Assembly: GCA_964384485.1 (NCBI GenBank)
Contig: CAYLLE010000003.1
Coordinates: forward strand, 9,125-73,124
Origin: an uncultured Spirochaetales bacterium
Lineage (GTDB): Bacteria > Spirochaetota > Spirochaetia > CAYLLE01
Length of the DNA: 64,000 nt
Direction of reading: 5' to 3'
This document shows positions 27,547 through 36,697 of this stretch, piece after piece; position 1 is the stretch's first letter; every line of letters starts with the position of its first letter. The translations under genes and the position numbers were made by a program. The notes below the pieces were generated by a model, which saw nothing but the letters and a program-made list of their open reading frames with translations, was not told the origin of the DNA and did no database searches.

Positions 27547-28161
27547 CTACTTCGCGTAGTACTCGACCACGAGCTGTTCATCCGCGATGGTCGGTATTAA
27601 ATCACGGGTAGGCAGAATAGTGACTGATCCTTTGAGTTCATCCCGGGAAACATCCAGCCACTGCGGTACGGGCTGTGAACCTGTTTCTGTTAATATCCGG
27701 CGGGCTAAATCCTGGGATACCTTTCTGTCTTTAACGGCAATTTCATCCTGAGCTTTCACCACAAAAGAAGGAATGTTAACACGTCTTCCGTTTACCTGGA
27801 TGTGGCCGTGGTTAACCAGCTGCCGCGCCTGTGACCGCGTGGAAGCAAATCCCATCCGATAAACGACATTGTCCAGACGGCGCTCTAAAAGAATAAGCAT
27901 ATTATGCCCTGCCACACCTTTCATTGTTTTTGCTTTGGCAAAAAGATTTCTAAACTGTTTTTCCGATAAACCGTAAGCAAATTTCAGCTTCTGCTTTTCA
28001 CCTAACTGCCGGGCGTATTCAGTTTTTCGAATCCGGCCTCGCCGGACTTCACCCGGTCCCTGGGGTTTTCTTTTTAAGAGTTTATCGTATTTGGGATTCC
28101 CGTAAATATTTATGCCGAAACGGCGTACAACTTTTCCTCTGGCTGTTGAATTTCTTGCCAC
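27547..28161 (-). CDS. rpsD: 30S ribosomal protein S4
   Basis: MARNSTARGKVVRRFG.., YGLSEKQFRN, S4 RNA-binding domain LERRLDNVVYRMGFASTRSQARQLVNHGHI. Confidence 0.95.
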   Translation of the reverse strand: MARNSTARGKVVRRFGINIYGNPKYDKLLKRKPQGPGEVRRGRIRKTEYARQLGEKQKLKFAYGLSEKQFRNLFAKAKTMKGVAGHNMLILLERRLDNVVYRMGFASTRSQARQLVNHGHIQVNGRRVNIPSFVVKAQDEIAVKDRKVSQDLARRILTETGSQPVPQWLDVSRDELKGSVTILPTRDLIPTIADEQLVVEYYAK

Positions 28162-28429
28162 TTACTGCTCCTTTTCTCCAATGGAACTTGATTTAATTTC
28201 CGGAATCTTTAAGACAATCAAATTAAAACTTCAGTCGAAATACTGCGTGATGATTACATCTCAAGTTTCCAGGTAACTTTCAAATTTTTACTGACTAACA
28301 CCTTGCGGCGGTTTAAACATAAGACAACCCTCCCCGATAAAGCTTGAGTTCAGAGGATTGCTTGGACTAACATAAAACAGTTGAAAAAAACTGTCAAGAG
28401 AGGAGAATCCTTTTCCCAATATACAGAAT

Positions 28430-30010
28430 CTACTTCTTCCGGGATTCCCCGAAAAGTCTTTTAAGGAGTCCCGGTTTTTTCCTGTTTCCCTTCTTCTCCG
28501 CGGGAGAACGGTCCTTATCTGCCTTAAAATCTTCTCCGTATTTTTTCCGGTAGTAAGCCAGGCGGTCTTCCATGGAAGAGGAGCTGTCCGGCTTTTTCCC
28601 CAGGGCCTGGTTCACGTTGATATCCTTTTTCCGTTTCGGTGCGCCTTTTTTTGCTGCCGGTTTATGCTGGGATTTCCCCTTTGCTCCGGACGGTTTCCCC
28701 GTTTGCGCCTGGGATTTCGGTTTTTCCGCTCTTTGAGTTCTGCCGGCAGGCCGGCTGCCTGTCCCTTTCGACCGGGGTGACGAGGGTTTCCCCCGGGAGT
28801 CCCGTTTCCGGCTGCTCCTGCTCCCCTGTCTTTCTCCGTGCCGTTCAAGCTGGATGAACTGATCGGCGCTTTTATCCGCCGAGAGCATGGCGTCGGAAAC
28901 CGATTCTACCGGTATCTTCATGTTAATGAGTTTCTCGATCGGTTCAAGTCCGTAGACGTACCGCTCACAGGCAAAGGAAACCGCCTTCCCGGTTTTACCC
29001 GCCCGGGCGGTCCGTCCGATCCGGTGTACATAGTTTTCACAGTCTTCCGGCAGATCAAAGTTAATCACCATATCAAGGTCGTCCACATGGAGTCCCCTGG
29101 CGGCAACATCTGTTGCCACAAGAAACTGCAGCTTTCCCTGCTTTAGATCATCGATTATTCGCATCCGCTTTTTCTGGGGCAAATCTCCCATTATATAATG
29201 ACAGTTGTATCCGTTTGCTTTGAGCCGTTTTGCGAGAATCTCCACCATCTTTTTTGTGTTGGCGAATATCAGCGCGTTCTGCGGCTGCTCCCGCTCTAAA
29301 AGTCCCAGGAGAAACGGCAGCTTTTCATCTTTCCCTAAGTGATAGAGTTTCTGCTGAATAAGATCAACCGTGAGTTTTTCAGGTTCTACAGCTATTTCCA
29401 CCGGATTTCTCATATACTTCCATGCCAGATTTCTCACCTTCTGATCTAAGGTGGCGGAAAAAAGCATGGTGACCCGTTTATCAGGATCATCCATCCTTCT
29501 GAGCATCCACGTTATATCCGGATAAAACCCCATATCAAACAGCCGGTCAGCTTCATCAATTACCAGAATCCCGACTTCGGCAAATGAAAGCTTACCCGAT
29601 TTGTTCAGGTCGATCAGTCTGCCGGGTGTTCCGATCATTACATCAACACCATTATTCAGGAGTGACTCCTGTTTCCAGTATCCCACCCCGCCGTAAAAGG
29701 AGCCGATTTTCAAACCGGTTTTTCCGCCGATGGTGTTGCCGTCCCGTTCGATCTGCACTGCCAGTTCTCTCGTCGGAGCGATTATCAGTGCCGTTTTTCC
29801 TTTAAACTCTTTATTCTCGAGCAGAAGCTGAAAGATGGTTATCAGAAAAGCGGCTGTTTTTCCGGTCCCGGTCTGAGACTGAACAGCCACATCCTTACCT
29901 TGCAGACTATGAACCAGGGACTGTTCTTGAACTTCGGTACAATCCGTAAACCCCGCGTCCTCTATTCCCCCCATAACCTGGGGATTCAAATCAAATTCAT
30001 TAAATTTCAT
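28430..30010 (-). CDS. DEAD-box ATP-dependent RNA helicase with a long basic C-terminal tail
   Basis: Q-motif region, AQSQTGTGKTAAF-type Walker A (VQSQTGTGKTAAF), PTRELA, VIDEADRL, SAT, ATDVAARGLH, HRIGRTARAG. Arg/Lys/Ser-rich tail. Confidence 0.92.
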   Translation of the reverse strand: MKFNEFDLNPQVMGGIEDAGFTDCTEVQEQSLVHSLQGKDVAVQSQTGTGKTAAFLITIFQLLLENKEFKGKTALIIAPTRELAVQIERDGNTIGGKTGLKIGSFYGGVGYWKQESLLNNGVDVMIGTPGRLIDLNKSGKLSFAEVGILVIDEADRLFDMGFYPDITWMLRRMDDPDKRVTMLFSATLDQKVRNLAWKYMRNPVEIAVEPEKLTVDLIQQKLYHLGKDEKLPFLLGLLEREQPQNALIFANTKKMVEILAKRLKANGYNCHYIMGDLPQKKRMRIIDDLKQGKLQFLVATDVAARGLHVDDLDMVINFDLPEDCENYVHRIGRTARAGKTGKAVSFACERYVYGLEPIEKLINMKIPVESVSDAMLSADKSADQFIQLERHGERQGSRSSRKRDSRGKPSSPRSKGTGSRPAGRTQRAEKPKSQAQTGKPSGAKGKSQHKPAAKKGAPKRKKDINVNQALGKKPDSSSSMEDRLAYYRKKYGEDFKADKDRSPAEKKGNRKKPGLLKRLFGESRKK

Positions 30011-30051
30011 CTATTAATTTATTCTCCTTCTAAAAATATTCCCGGGAGCAT

Positions 30052-32082
30052 TTAAGCTTTTTTAATATTTACCGCGGTGTTCTTTTTCTTAACCCGCAGA
30101 AGCTTTCCCGGGGCATGGGTAAAAAAACGGCTTTGTCTGTACTTCAACCGCATTCTTGCGTTTACTGCCCATCCGGAAGCTTCAATAATTGAACTTATGT
30201 CCCTCTTCCTCAGCTTTAAAAAGGCGGATATCGAGGCCGGAATAACAACAGCTAAAGCCGCGCTGCCGAAACCGATCAGAATCTGCCACCAGGCGATTTC
30301 AGCCAATGTTTTCGTAATAAAAGCAAGAGCTGAACTAACAGCCGCGACAGCTACGCCTCCCGCGGCGATCATCCCCGCTGTCCCCCCCGGCGGGGTTTGT
30401 CTCGGAACTGAGACCGGCTGGGTTTCTCCGGGTTGAAGCCGGTCTACAGCGATTACGGTTGTATCGTCCAGCTTTTTTTCCGCCTCCATGGTAATCGATT
30501 CTATTTTTCCTGTCACAAGCCGGCCAAGCCGTTTAAAAGGCGCGGCAACCGCTTCCCGGATACTCACCGGATTTTCTATAATATCGACTACTTCGGCGTC
30601 CTGTTCCAACCCGTGGATATCATGAAAGATCCCCCGCTTTCCAATGCCGAGATTACCGACACCTCCGGAAGTAACCGGAATCGCTGCTACCTTTGAAACG
30701 GCCCCGGACTTGTCGTATATGGCCACGTAAAGTACATACATTCCGGAAGAAACGGCAGTCCTTTTGTGGAGTTCCCGGTTCAATACAGGCACGGCAAGAT
30801 TAAAATGCCGGCCGTCCATAATAAGTGTGCCTGTTTCAAACGCCGCTCTGCTGGAAATATTGTAGAGCTGAGGAAAACTCACAAAATTATTGGCAAAACA
30901 CAAAATGTTAGCCTGAGAAAGAACAAGTTTCTCCAGTAATCTTACCTCCTCTATAGTGTACGCGGATTTTTCAGACTCCGTCAGCAGCGCGTCTATCCCC
31001 CTAACCGCGTCGGTTAACTTTTCCCCGTTAAAAAAATACTTCGGCAGGGTCTCATAGGGACCCTGGGGCCGTTTTGCCATCCATTCCGAATACGGGACAA
31101 GAATCTCCTTAAGGCGCATCCAGAAAGATTCCGAAATACCAGTTTCCGTTTCGGAAGGAAACCACTTGCGGAGCGGCTCTGTGAGAGTATCGAACTGTCG
31201 ACGGTATTTCGGATTGACAGGATCGTTCATACGAATAATACCATCCGGCCTTACTTTCTGCAAGGGGAGTTTTTCCAGAAGCTCACCGGCCGCCGCGTCC
31301 TCACCGCCCAGGGGATCATAACTGTAATTCCGTATCTGAAGGGCCCCCGCGGCGGCAATTCCGCAGAGGAGATAAAAGCGTTTAACCTCCCCGTCCAGGG
31401 CGTCCACACCGTGTTTGACTGCCGCGGTATCATCTCCGAACGGCAAAATACTTTTTTTTGCTCCCGGTATATCAAGCTCTTTCTCCCACTCCTTATACAG
31501 CCCGATTCCGCTGGTAAATTCATTCAACTTCATCCGGTTAATGCCTGGCTTTCCCGAAGGATGAGGAACCCCGCCCGTGATCCTTATGGCTTCGGATATG
31601 AACTCAGCTTCCCCGGATTCTGTTTCTCCGGCTTTGGGAAGGATTACTCCAGCCCCGCTGATCGGGGAAGATAAAAGTTCAGCTTCCGCATCCCGGATCA
31701 TTTTTAGAGAAAGGGACGTACCGTCGCCGGTACATCCGCTTAACTTTCTGAAGGCATCATGTATCTGCCGGCCTTCGGCTGTGTCCTGATTAATACACGC
31801 GATATCAACCGTGTCCGACTCCTGTTCGATACCGTCATACCGGCAGAGGAGCCGGAAAAGATGGCGAATCTCCCTGCGGAGATCCCGGCACCGTATCCGG
31901 TCATCATTATCCGCGTCCAGAATTGCCAGAAAATCCTTATCCATATTGATGGTAGAAATCGGAGCGCTGGTGGCTATCCAGAGAGCTTCATCAAGCTCAA
32001 GAACCGCCGCCAAATCATCCGCGGTGCGCAGTCTGAGATGTTTCGTATTACCGTAGCGCTCGAAAGCTTGTTTTTTTTTCAT
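30052..32082 (-). CDS. Hypothetical 676-aa protein: EF-hand-like loop near the N-terminus, C-terminal membrane anchor
   Basis: DADNDDRIRCRD (aa 56..67) flanked by helices. Two or three hydrophobic helices near aa 580..645. Basic tail. I recognise no family. Confidence 0.5.
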   Translation of the reverse strand: MKKKQAFERYGNTKHLRLRTADDLAAVLELDEALWIATSAPISTINMDKDFLAILDADNDDRIRCRDLRREIRHLFRLLCRYDGIEQESDTVDIACINQDTAEGRQIHDAFRKLSGCTGDGTSLSLKMIRDAEAELLSSPISGAGVILPKAGETESGEAEFISEAIRITGGVPHPSGKPGINRMKLNEFTSGIGLYKEWEKELDIPGAKKSILPFGDDTAAVKHGVDALDGEVKRFYLLCGIAAAGALQIRNYSYDPLGGEDAAAGELLEKLPLQKVRPDGIIRMNDPVNPKYRRQFDTLTEPLRKWFPSETETGISESFWMRLKEILVPYSEWMAKRPQGPYETLPKYFFNGEKLTDAVRGIDALLTESEKSAYTIEEVRLLEKLVLSQANILCFANNFVSFPQLYNISSRAAFETGTLIMDGRHFNLAVPVLNRELHKRTAVSSGMYVLYVAIYDKSGAVSKVAAIPVTSGGVGNLGIGKRGIFHDIHGLEQDAEVVDIIENPVSIREAVAAPFKRLGRLVTGKIESITMEAEKKLDDTTVIAVDRLQPGETQPVSVPRQTPPGGTAGMIAAGGVAVAAVSSALAFITKTLAEIAWWQILIGFGSAALAVVIPASISAFLKLRKRDISSIIEASGWAVNARMRLKYRQSRFFTHAPGKLLRVKKKNTAVNIKKA

Positions 32083-32142
32083 TGAATATTTTATTAAGCA
32101 ACAGTACTGTTTTCAAAAATGTTCTGGAGAACCTCTGGAGCA

Positions 32143-32520
32143 TTACCCTTTCTTGTCAAAATCCAGAGAAACCGAATTGATACAGTACCTGAGCCCTGTC
32201 GGTTCGGGACCGTCGGAAAAAACATGGCCCATATGCGCGCCGCATTCAGCGCAATGAACTTCTTCCCTCACCGTACCGAAACGTGTGTCCCTTTCGGTTT
32301 CTATAACCCCCTCTTCTATGGGCGTATAAAAACTGGGCCATCCTGTTCCTGAATTGAACTTGTGTTCGGATGAAAACAGCGGTTTACCGCAGCACCCGCA
32401 CCGGTATATCCCGGTTTCGTGATGATTCCAGTAAAGACCGGAGAATGCGGGCTCTGTTCCCTTATTTAGCATCACCTCACGCTGTTTACCGGATAAATTT
32501 CGGTTGCAGTCCTTCTTCAT
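32143..32520 (-). CDS. msrB: Peptide-methionine (R)-S-oxide reductase
   Basis: GTEPAFSG, zinc CxxC pairs CGCCGKPLF and HCAECGAHMGHVF, GTGWPSF. Start set at ATG 32520; the ORF-track start at 32556 is TTG. Confidence 0.9.
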   Translation of the reverse strand: MKKDCNRNLSGKQREVMLNKGTEPAFSGLYWNHHETGIYRCGCCGKPLFSSEHKFNSGTGWPSFYTPIEEGVIETERDTRFGTVREEVHCAECGAHMGHVFSDGPEPTGLRYCINSVSLDFDKKG

Positions 32521-32620
32521 GTTTACAAATATAGCAATTGCTGAATTCCCGGTCAATATTGGTCTTGACGATGAGATTCAACCTGAGCTAAATTTAAACG
32601 CGTCATCCGAGGAGGAGAAA

Positions 32621-33760
32621 ATGGGAGATTATAAATCAGCGATTCGCGTCCATCAGACCAATATTGAAAAAGAGCGGCAGGAAATAGGCAGTCTATACAA
32701 GAAAATCGGAAATTATCTATTTGAAGAGAAACCGGAATTATCCGGGAATCCTTTACAGGAGATGAACTATACCAGCGGGAAAGAAATTACTTCCGATATT
32801 GAGACGGTTGATAACAGGATTGAAGAAATTATAGCAATTACTGAACATCAAACTGAACTCAGGAACCGGATAAAGACAAATACGGCTAGTATTAAGGCGT
32901 TAAAAACACAAAACCGGGAACAGTATGAACAGATCGGTGAAGCGGCGTACGAAGCCTACAAGAGAAACCCCTTCGTAGACAAGCGGTACAAAGACCTTTT
33001 TTTGGAACTTGAACAGAACCATCAGGAATTAAAAGAGATGGAAAACGATATTGACCGGAGTGAACAAAATCTGTCGGAGAAACCGTTTTTTAACAAGGTA
33101 GTGGAGCGGGGAAAGATTTTTCTGCTCCGCAACAAGAGAACAAGTAAGGTAAACGCCATCCCGCGGTTTTATAAGCATATCGGTGAACAGATATGCGAAA
33201 GCGATTTTCTGGAAACAACTGAAAACGAACTTATTAAACAGACCGCCCAGCCCTGCATCGAAAGACGGCGTACGATTCAGGACTTGGAAGCTAAAAATGA
33301 CATGCTTGAGAACGACATCACCAAAATGGATGAGGAGCTTTCGGAATTATGCCGCGGAAACCGGACAGACCGGGAATTGGCGGTGTTGAAAAAAGAGCGG
33401 CAGGATAAGGAAACCCAGCTCGAAGGGGTGTATGAATCAATTGGAATAGCCTTTGTCGCGGAACCTGATAAAACGATCGTTTCGGATCCGGATGTGAATA
33501 CTCCGCTGGACCGGATCCGGGTTCTCGAAGCAGATATACGGAAAGAGGAAGAGCAGGTCACCAAGTTAAGCGCGGCGGTAAAAGCGGAAGAACTCACCGC
33601 CTCGATAAAAAAGACCGAACTCACCATAGACAGTAAAAATAGTCAAATAGAAGCACTGAAAGAGGAATTAGCGAATCTAAAATCGGAGTTGGAAGAAACC
33701 GAAAAAGAACTCAAGCGCTTTGAATCCATCCGCGGTCCTGAAGAAGAGTTAGACGGGTAG
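32621..33760 (+). CDS. Hypothetical coiled-coil protein
   Basis: ATG at 32621 preceded by GGAGGAGAAA. Heptad-rich, Glu/Lys-rich sequence throughout. The ORF-track start at 32504 would overlap msrB. Confidence 0.6.
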   Translation: MGDYKSAIRVHQTNIEKERQEIGSLYKKIGNYLFEEKPELSGNPLQEMNYTSGKEITSDIETVDNRIEEIIAITEHQTELRNRIKTNTASIKALKTQNREQYEQIGEAAYEAYKRNPFVDKRYKDLFLELEQNHQELKEMENDIDRSEQNLSEKPFFNKVVERGKIFLLRNKRTSKVNAIPRFYKHIGEQICESDFLETTENELIKQTAQPCIERRRTIQDLEAKNDMLENDITKMDEELSELCRGNRTDRELAVLKKERQDKETQLEGVYESIGIAFVAEPDKTIVSDPDVNTPLDRIRVLEADIRKEEEQVTKLSAAVKAEELTASIKKTELTIDSKNSQIEALKEELANLKSELEETEKELKRFESIRGPEEELDG

Positions 33761-35995
33761 GTCCGGCATCTTTACTACAAGGGTTATACTTCTCTTTCCT
33801 CCGGTATCTTCTGAATAGAGTACCGAATCGGTTGTAGTTTCCATCAGCGGGATTCCGTAACCGGTCTCGCTTCCCGGAACCGGAAGATGATCAGGATAGG
33901 CCGTCCAGTTAAATGGTATTCCAAGGTAGGTAAGACGGAGAAAGCAGCACCCGGAATTCCGGTACATTTCTGTTTCTATTATTTGATCATCTCCTGAAAG
34001 ACCATGATTCACAATATTGGAAAACGCTTCGTTACCCGCTAAAATAAATCCTTCGATCCGGGATTCAGTCAAACCGCCGGAAGGCATACCTTCCCTGATG
34101 AAGTTGCGGAGTGCCGGCAGAGACTGGACGTTCCCCGGAAATTCAGTTTCTCTTCCTTCCCATTTCTCTCCGCTCTCCTCAGGTACCTTGATGCAGACCC
34201 CGGTAACATCATCCCGCAGATTTCCTCCGCTGTACTGAAAAATAATACCGGTAAGTGTTTCAATGAATTTTTCCGGTGCCGTTCCGCGCTGGGCAGCTAC
34301 AAATTTTAGAAGCCGGTCCATGCCGAACACTTCACCTGCCGAGTTTACCGCCTCTGTTACACCGTCAGAAAAAAAGAACAAAAGATCTCCCGGTGCTAAA
34401 GGTACAGAATACTGCTTATATTTTTCCCACTTTAGCATTCCTAACGGAACGTTAGCGCCCTTCATCAGCCAGCATGTGCCGGTGGATTCCCGGTAATGGA
34501 TTATGGGGGTATGGCCGCAGTCAACAAAATCAAAAAAACGGTGGACAAAAGAGTACCTTCCGTAATAGAGGGTGATAAAACTCCCCAAATCGAACAAGTT
34601 CCCTACCACCGATTTATGGGTTTCTTTTAAGATATCTTTCGGTTCCGGAAAAGCCCGTCCGCTGCTCCCTACCGTCAACCGGAGTTTTGACCGGAGGAGC
34701 ACGCTTTTTACCGCGGCACTGACCAACGCGGCGGAAATTCCTTTTCCCATGACATCACCTACCGCCATATCCATACTGGAATCATCAAAACAAAAAAAGT
34801 GATAAAAATCACCGTCTACCCGGTGGGATGAAAGACTCTTCGCGGCGATTGTTTCCGCGGAGAGACAAGGTTCATCCAACAGCAGTGTGCGCTGTATCCT
34901 CGCGCCGACCTCGAACTCATACTCCCGGACCTTCACCAGCTCCAGCTCGGTCTCCTTCCGTTCAGTGATATCTTCAATGATCCCGGCAGCTCCGGCCGTT
35001 CCGTTACTTCCCGGGACCGGGAACATCCGTACCCAAATCCACCGGACCGAACCGTCACCGCGGATAATACGGAACTCTTCATTAAACTGTTCAGCATCGT
35101 TACGGGCATACTCTAAAGCCGCGGCAATCCTGTCCGCGTCGCCCGGATGAACCAGAGAAATCCATGAACCGGGATCCCGGTACAGCTCTTCAATGGGTAT
35201 CTGCCACATTTCTTCAATGAGGGGACTAATGTAGATAAACCGTTGAAAATCCGATGATGTCATGAAAAACACTTCTTTTATGTTATCTACTATCTGTTTA
35301 AAGAATATTTCTTTCTCCTTCGGTGTTTCCGGAGGAATAAGCCGGGAAACACCGTCCGACACTAACCGGGATATCCGGGAAAAAAGGTTGAGTTCCGGTC
35401 TTTTCCATCTGCGGGGACGATCCGATTCCGCGCCGATGTATCCGATAACCCGGTTTCCGTCGAGAAGGGGAAAAGCCAGGGCTGCCCCGGTTCTCTGAGA
35501 CCTGAGAATCTTTTTCTCCCCTGCCGCGGACGGAGGTAGTTTTTCAGTGTCGTCAATAATTACCGGTTCCCCGGCCCGTATCCTGGCTTCCCACCATTGA
35601 AGAACCCCCGCCGGGCGCTCATGCAGTTCACGGATGTATTCTTTTTGCCCCGGCGCAGTCCATTCATGAGTGTTATAAAGCAGCCTGCCGTCTCCGGAAT
35701 ACAGAAACACATACCCGCGGACGGCGTTCAGTACTCCGCATAGATATCCAAGTATATCTTCGATACCGTCATCGATACTAACCATATTCTGCCCGATCAG
35801 CCGATCTTTCATAATATTCTGGTTTTTTGCCTCCGGTGACCGGAAAAACAAATAGTACGCGATGCTAATGAGAGCCCCCGCGGAATACAAAGGGAGCAGG
35901 GCGTATTCGGCGGAAATAAGGCTGTACAGAATAAGCCCGGTAAAGATAAGGAATGTAACGGGAAGGAAAAGGGGGCGGATTTTCTCCGGATTCAT
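33749..35995 (-). CDS. Partner-switching enzyme fusion: TM, GAF, PAS, PP2C (SpoIIE/RsbU-type) phosphatase, RsbW-like HATPase
   Basis: PAS ending DITERKE. PP2C motifs GDFYHFF, GDVMGKGISAAL and FFFSDGVTE. The C-terminal LAGNEAFSNIVNHG resembles the anti-sigma kinase N-box. Confidence 0.8.
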   Translation of the reverse strand: MNPEKIRPLFLPVTFLIFTGLILYSLISAEYALLPLYSAGALISIAYYLFFRSPEAKNQNIMKDRLIGQNMVSIDDGIEDILGYLCGVLNAVRGYVFLYSGDGRLLYNTHEWTAPGQKEYIRELHERPAGVLQWWEARIRAGEPVIIDDTEKLPPSAAGEKKILRSQRTGAALAFPLLDGNRVIGYIGAESDRPRRWKRPELNLFSRISRLVSDGVSRLIPPETPKEKEIFFKQIVDNIKEVFFMTSSDFQRFIYISPLIEEMWQIPIEELYRDPGSWISLVHPGDADRIAAALEYARNDAEQFNEEFRIIRGDGSVRWIWVRMFPVPGSNGTAGAAGIIEDITERKETELELVKVREYEFEVGARIQRTLLLDEPCLSAETIAAKSLSSHRVDGDFYHFFCFDDSSMDMAVGDVMGKGISAALVSAAVKSVLLRSKLRLTVGSSGRAFPEPKDILKETHKSVVGNLFDLGSFITLYYGRYSFVHRFFDFVDCGHTPIIHYRESTGTCWLMKGANVPLGMLKWEKYKQYSVPLAPGDLLFFFSDGVTEAVNSAGEVFGMDRLLKFVAAQRGTAPEKFIETLTGIIFQYSGGNLRDDVTGVCIKVPEESGEKWEGRETEFPGNVQSLPALRNFIREGMPSGGLTESRIEGFILAGNEAFSNIVNHGLSGDDQIIETEMYRNSGCCFLRLTYLGIPFNWTAYPDHLPVPGSETGYGIPLMETTTDSVLYSEDTGGKRSITLVVKMPDLPV

Positions 35996-36339
35996 GCGGA
36001 AAATGCCCGTACAGCGGCATCCACGGTATCACTTATTTCCATTATCCGGTTTAACCGCACCAGCTCAAAAAGAATTTTTACAGCACCGGTAACACCGGAA
36101 ACTTTCATTTCAATCCCCTTCTCGTTTAAGAACCTGAAAATTGATAGAACCGCACCGAGACCGGCGCTGTCAACAAACATGACCAAACTCAAATCAAGTA
36201 CATACCCATCGGCATCGGGGGATTGCTTGATTTGTTTCAGGATTTTATCCTTGAAGAGTGTATAATTACCGGCATCGAGATGCTCTTTATCTACAGCAAG
36301 TATTTCTATAAATGTCCCTGCCGGGGTTTGTTTCATCAT
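35992..36339 (-). CDS. STAS-domain anti-sigma-factor antagonist
   Basis: VLDLSLVMFVDSAGLGAVLSIF (SpoIIAA/RsbV signature with the phosphorylatable Ser context). ATGA overlap with the downstream phosphatase gene. Confidence 0.85.
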   Translation of the reverse strand: MMKQTPAGTFIEILAVDKEHLDAGNYTLFKDKILKQIKQSPDADGYVLDLSLVMFVDSAGLGAVLSIFRFLNEKGIEMKVSGVTGAVKILFELVRLNRIMEISDTVDAAVRAFSA

Positions 36340-36586
36340 TCCTCCCTTATCGTAAAAGGCCGTAAGGAGAATCCCAGGTCTGCACTTTTCCCAAAAAACC
36401 TGGAATCCTCCTCAGGTCGGGGGATCAAAACTTTTTTACATTCCGGGTAAGCCGAAAGGCTTTTTGTTTTCCCGTTCATGATATAGATGATAAGTTTGAG
36501 ATAAGGTATCCGCAATTATCCAATAGTATAAAAATGCAGGTATACCGGGGTATACGTGACAGCAAATTTTTTTTCGCGGAAAAATG

Positions 36587-36672
36587 GCAATTTCCGGTGA
36601 TGTCGATTTTGGTAATTGCTTGTAATAAAACAATTTATAAATTTTTATACGAATGTTATCGCCGGAAATTGC
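36587..36672. repeat. 86-bp palindromic intergenic element, full copy B
   Basis: Ends are GCAATTTCCGGTGAT..ATCGCCGGAAATTGC. Colinear with 1149..1234 (same length, roughly four-fifths identical by eye). Lies 26 nt beyond the stop of the 36698 gene. Confidence 0.8.
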
Positions 36673-36697
36673 TGTATACGTGACGGCAGTGCCGAGG

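Noticed and set aside
36436-36633. 65-aa minus-strand ORF.
   Set aside because: It runs into the 86-bp palindromic repeat and the flanking AT-rich spacer. It has no RBS and is most likely non-coding.
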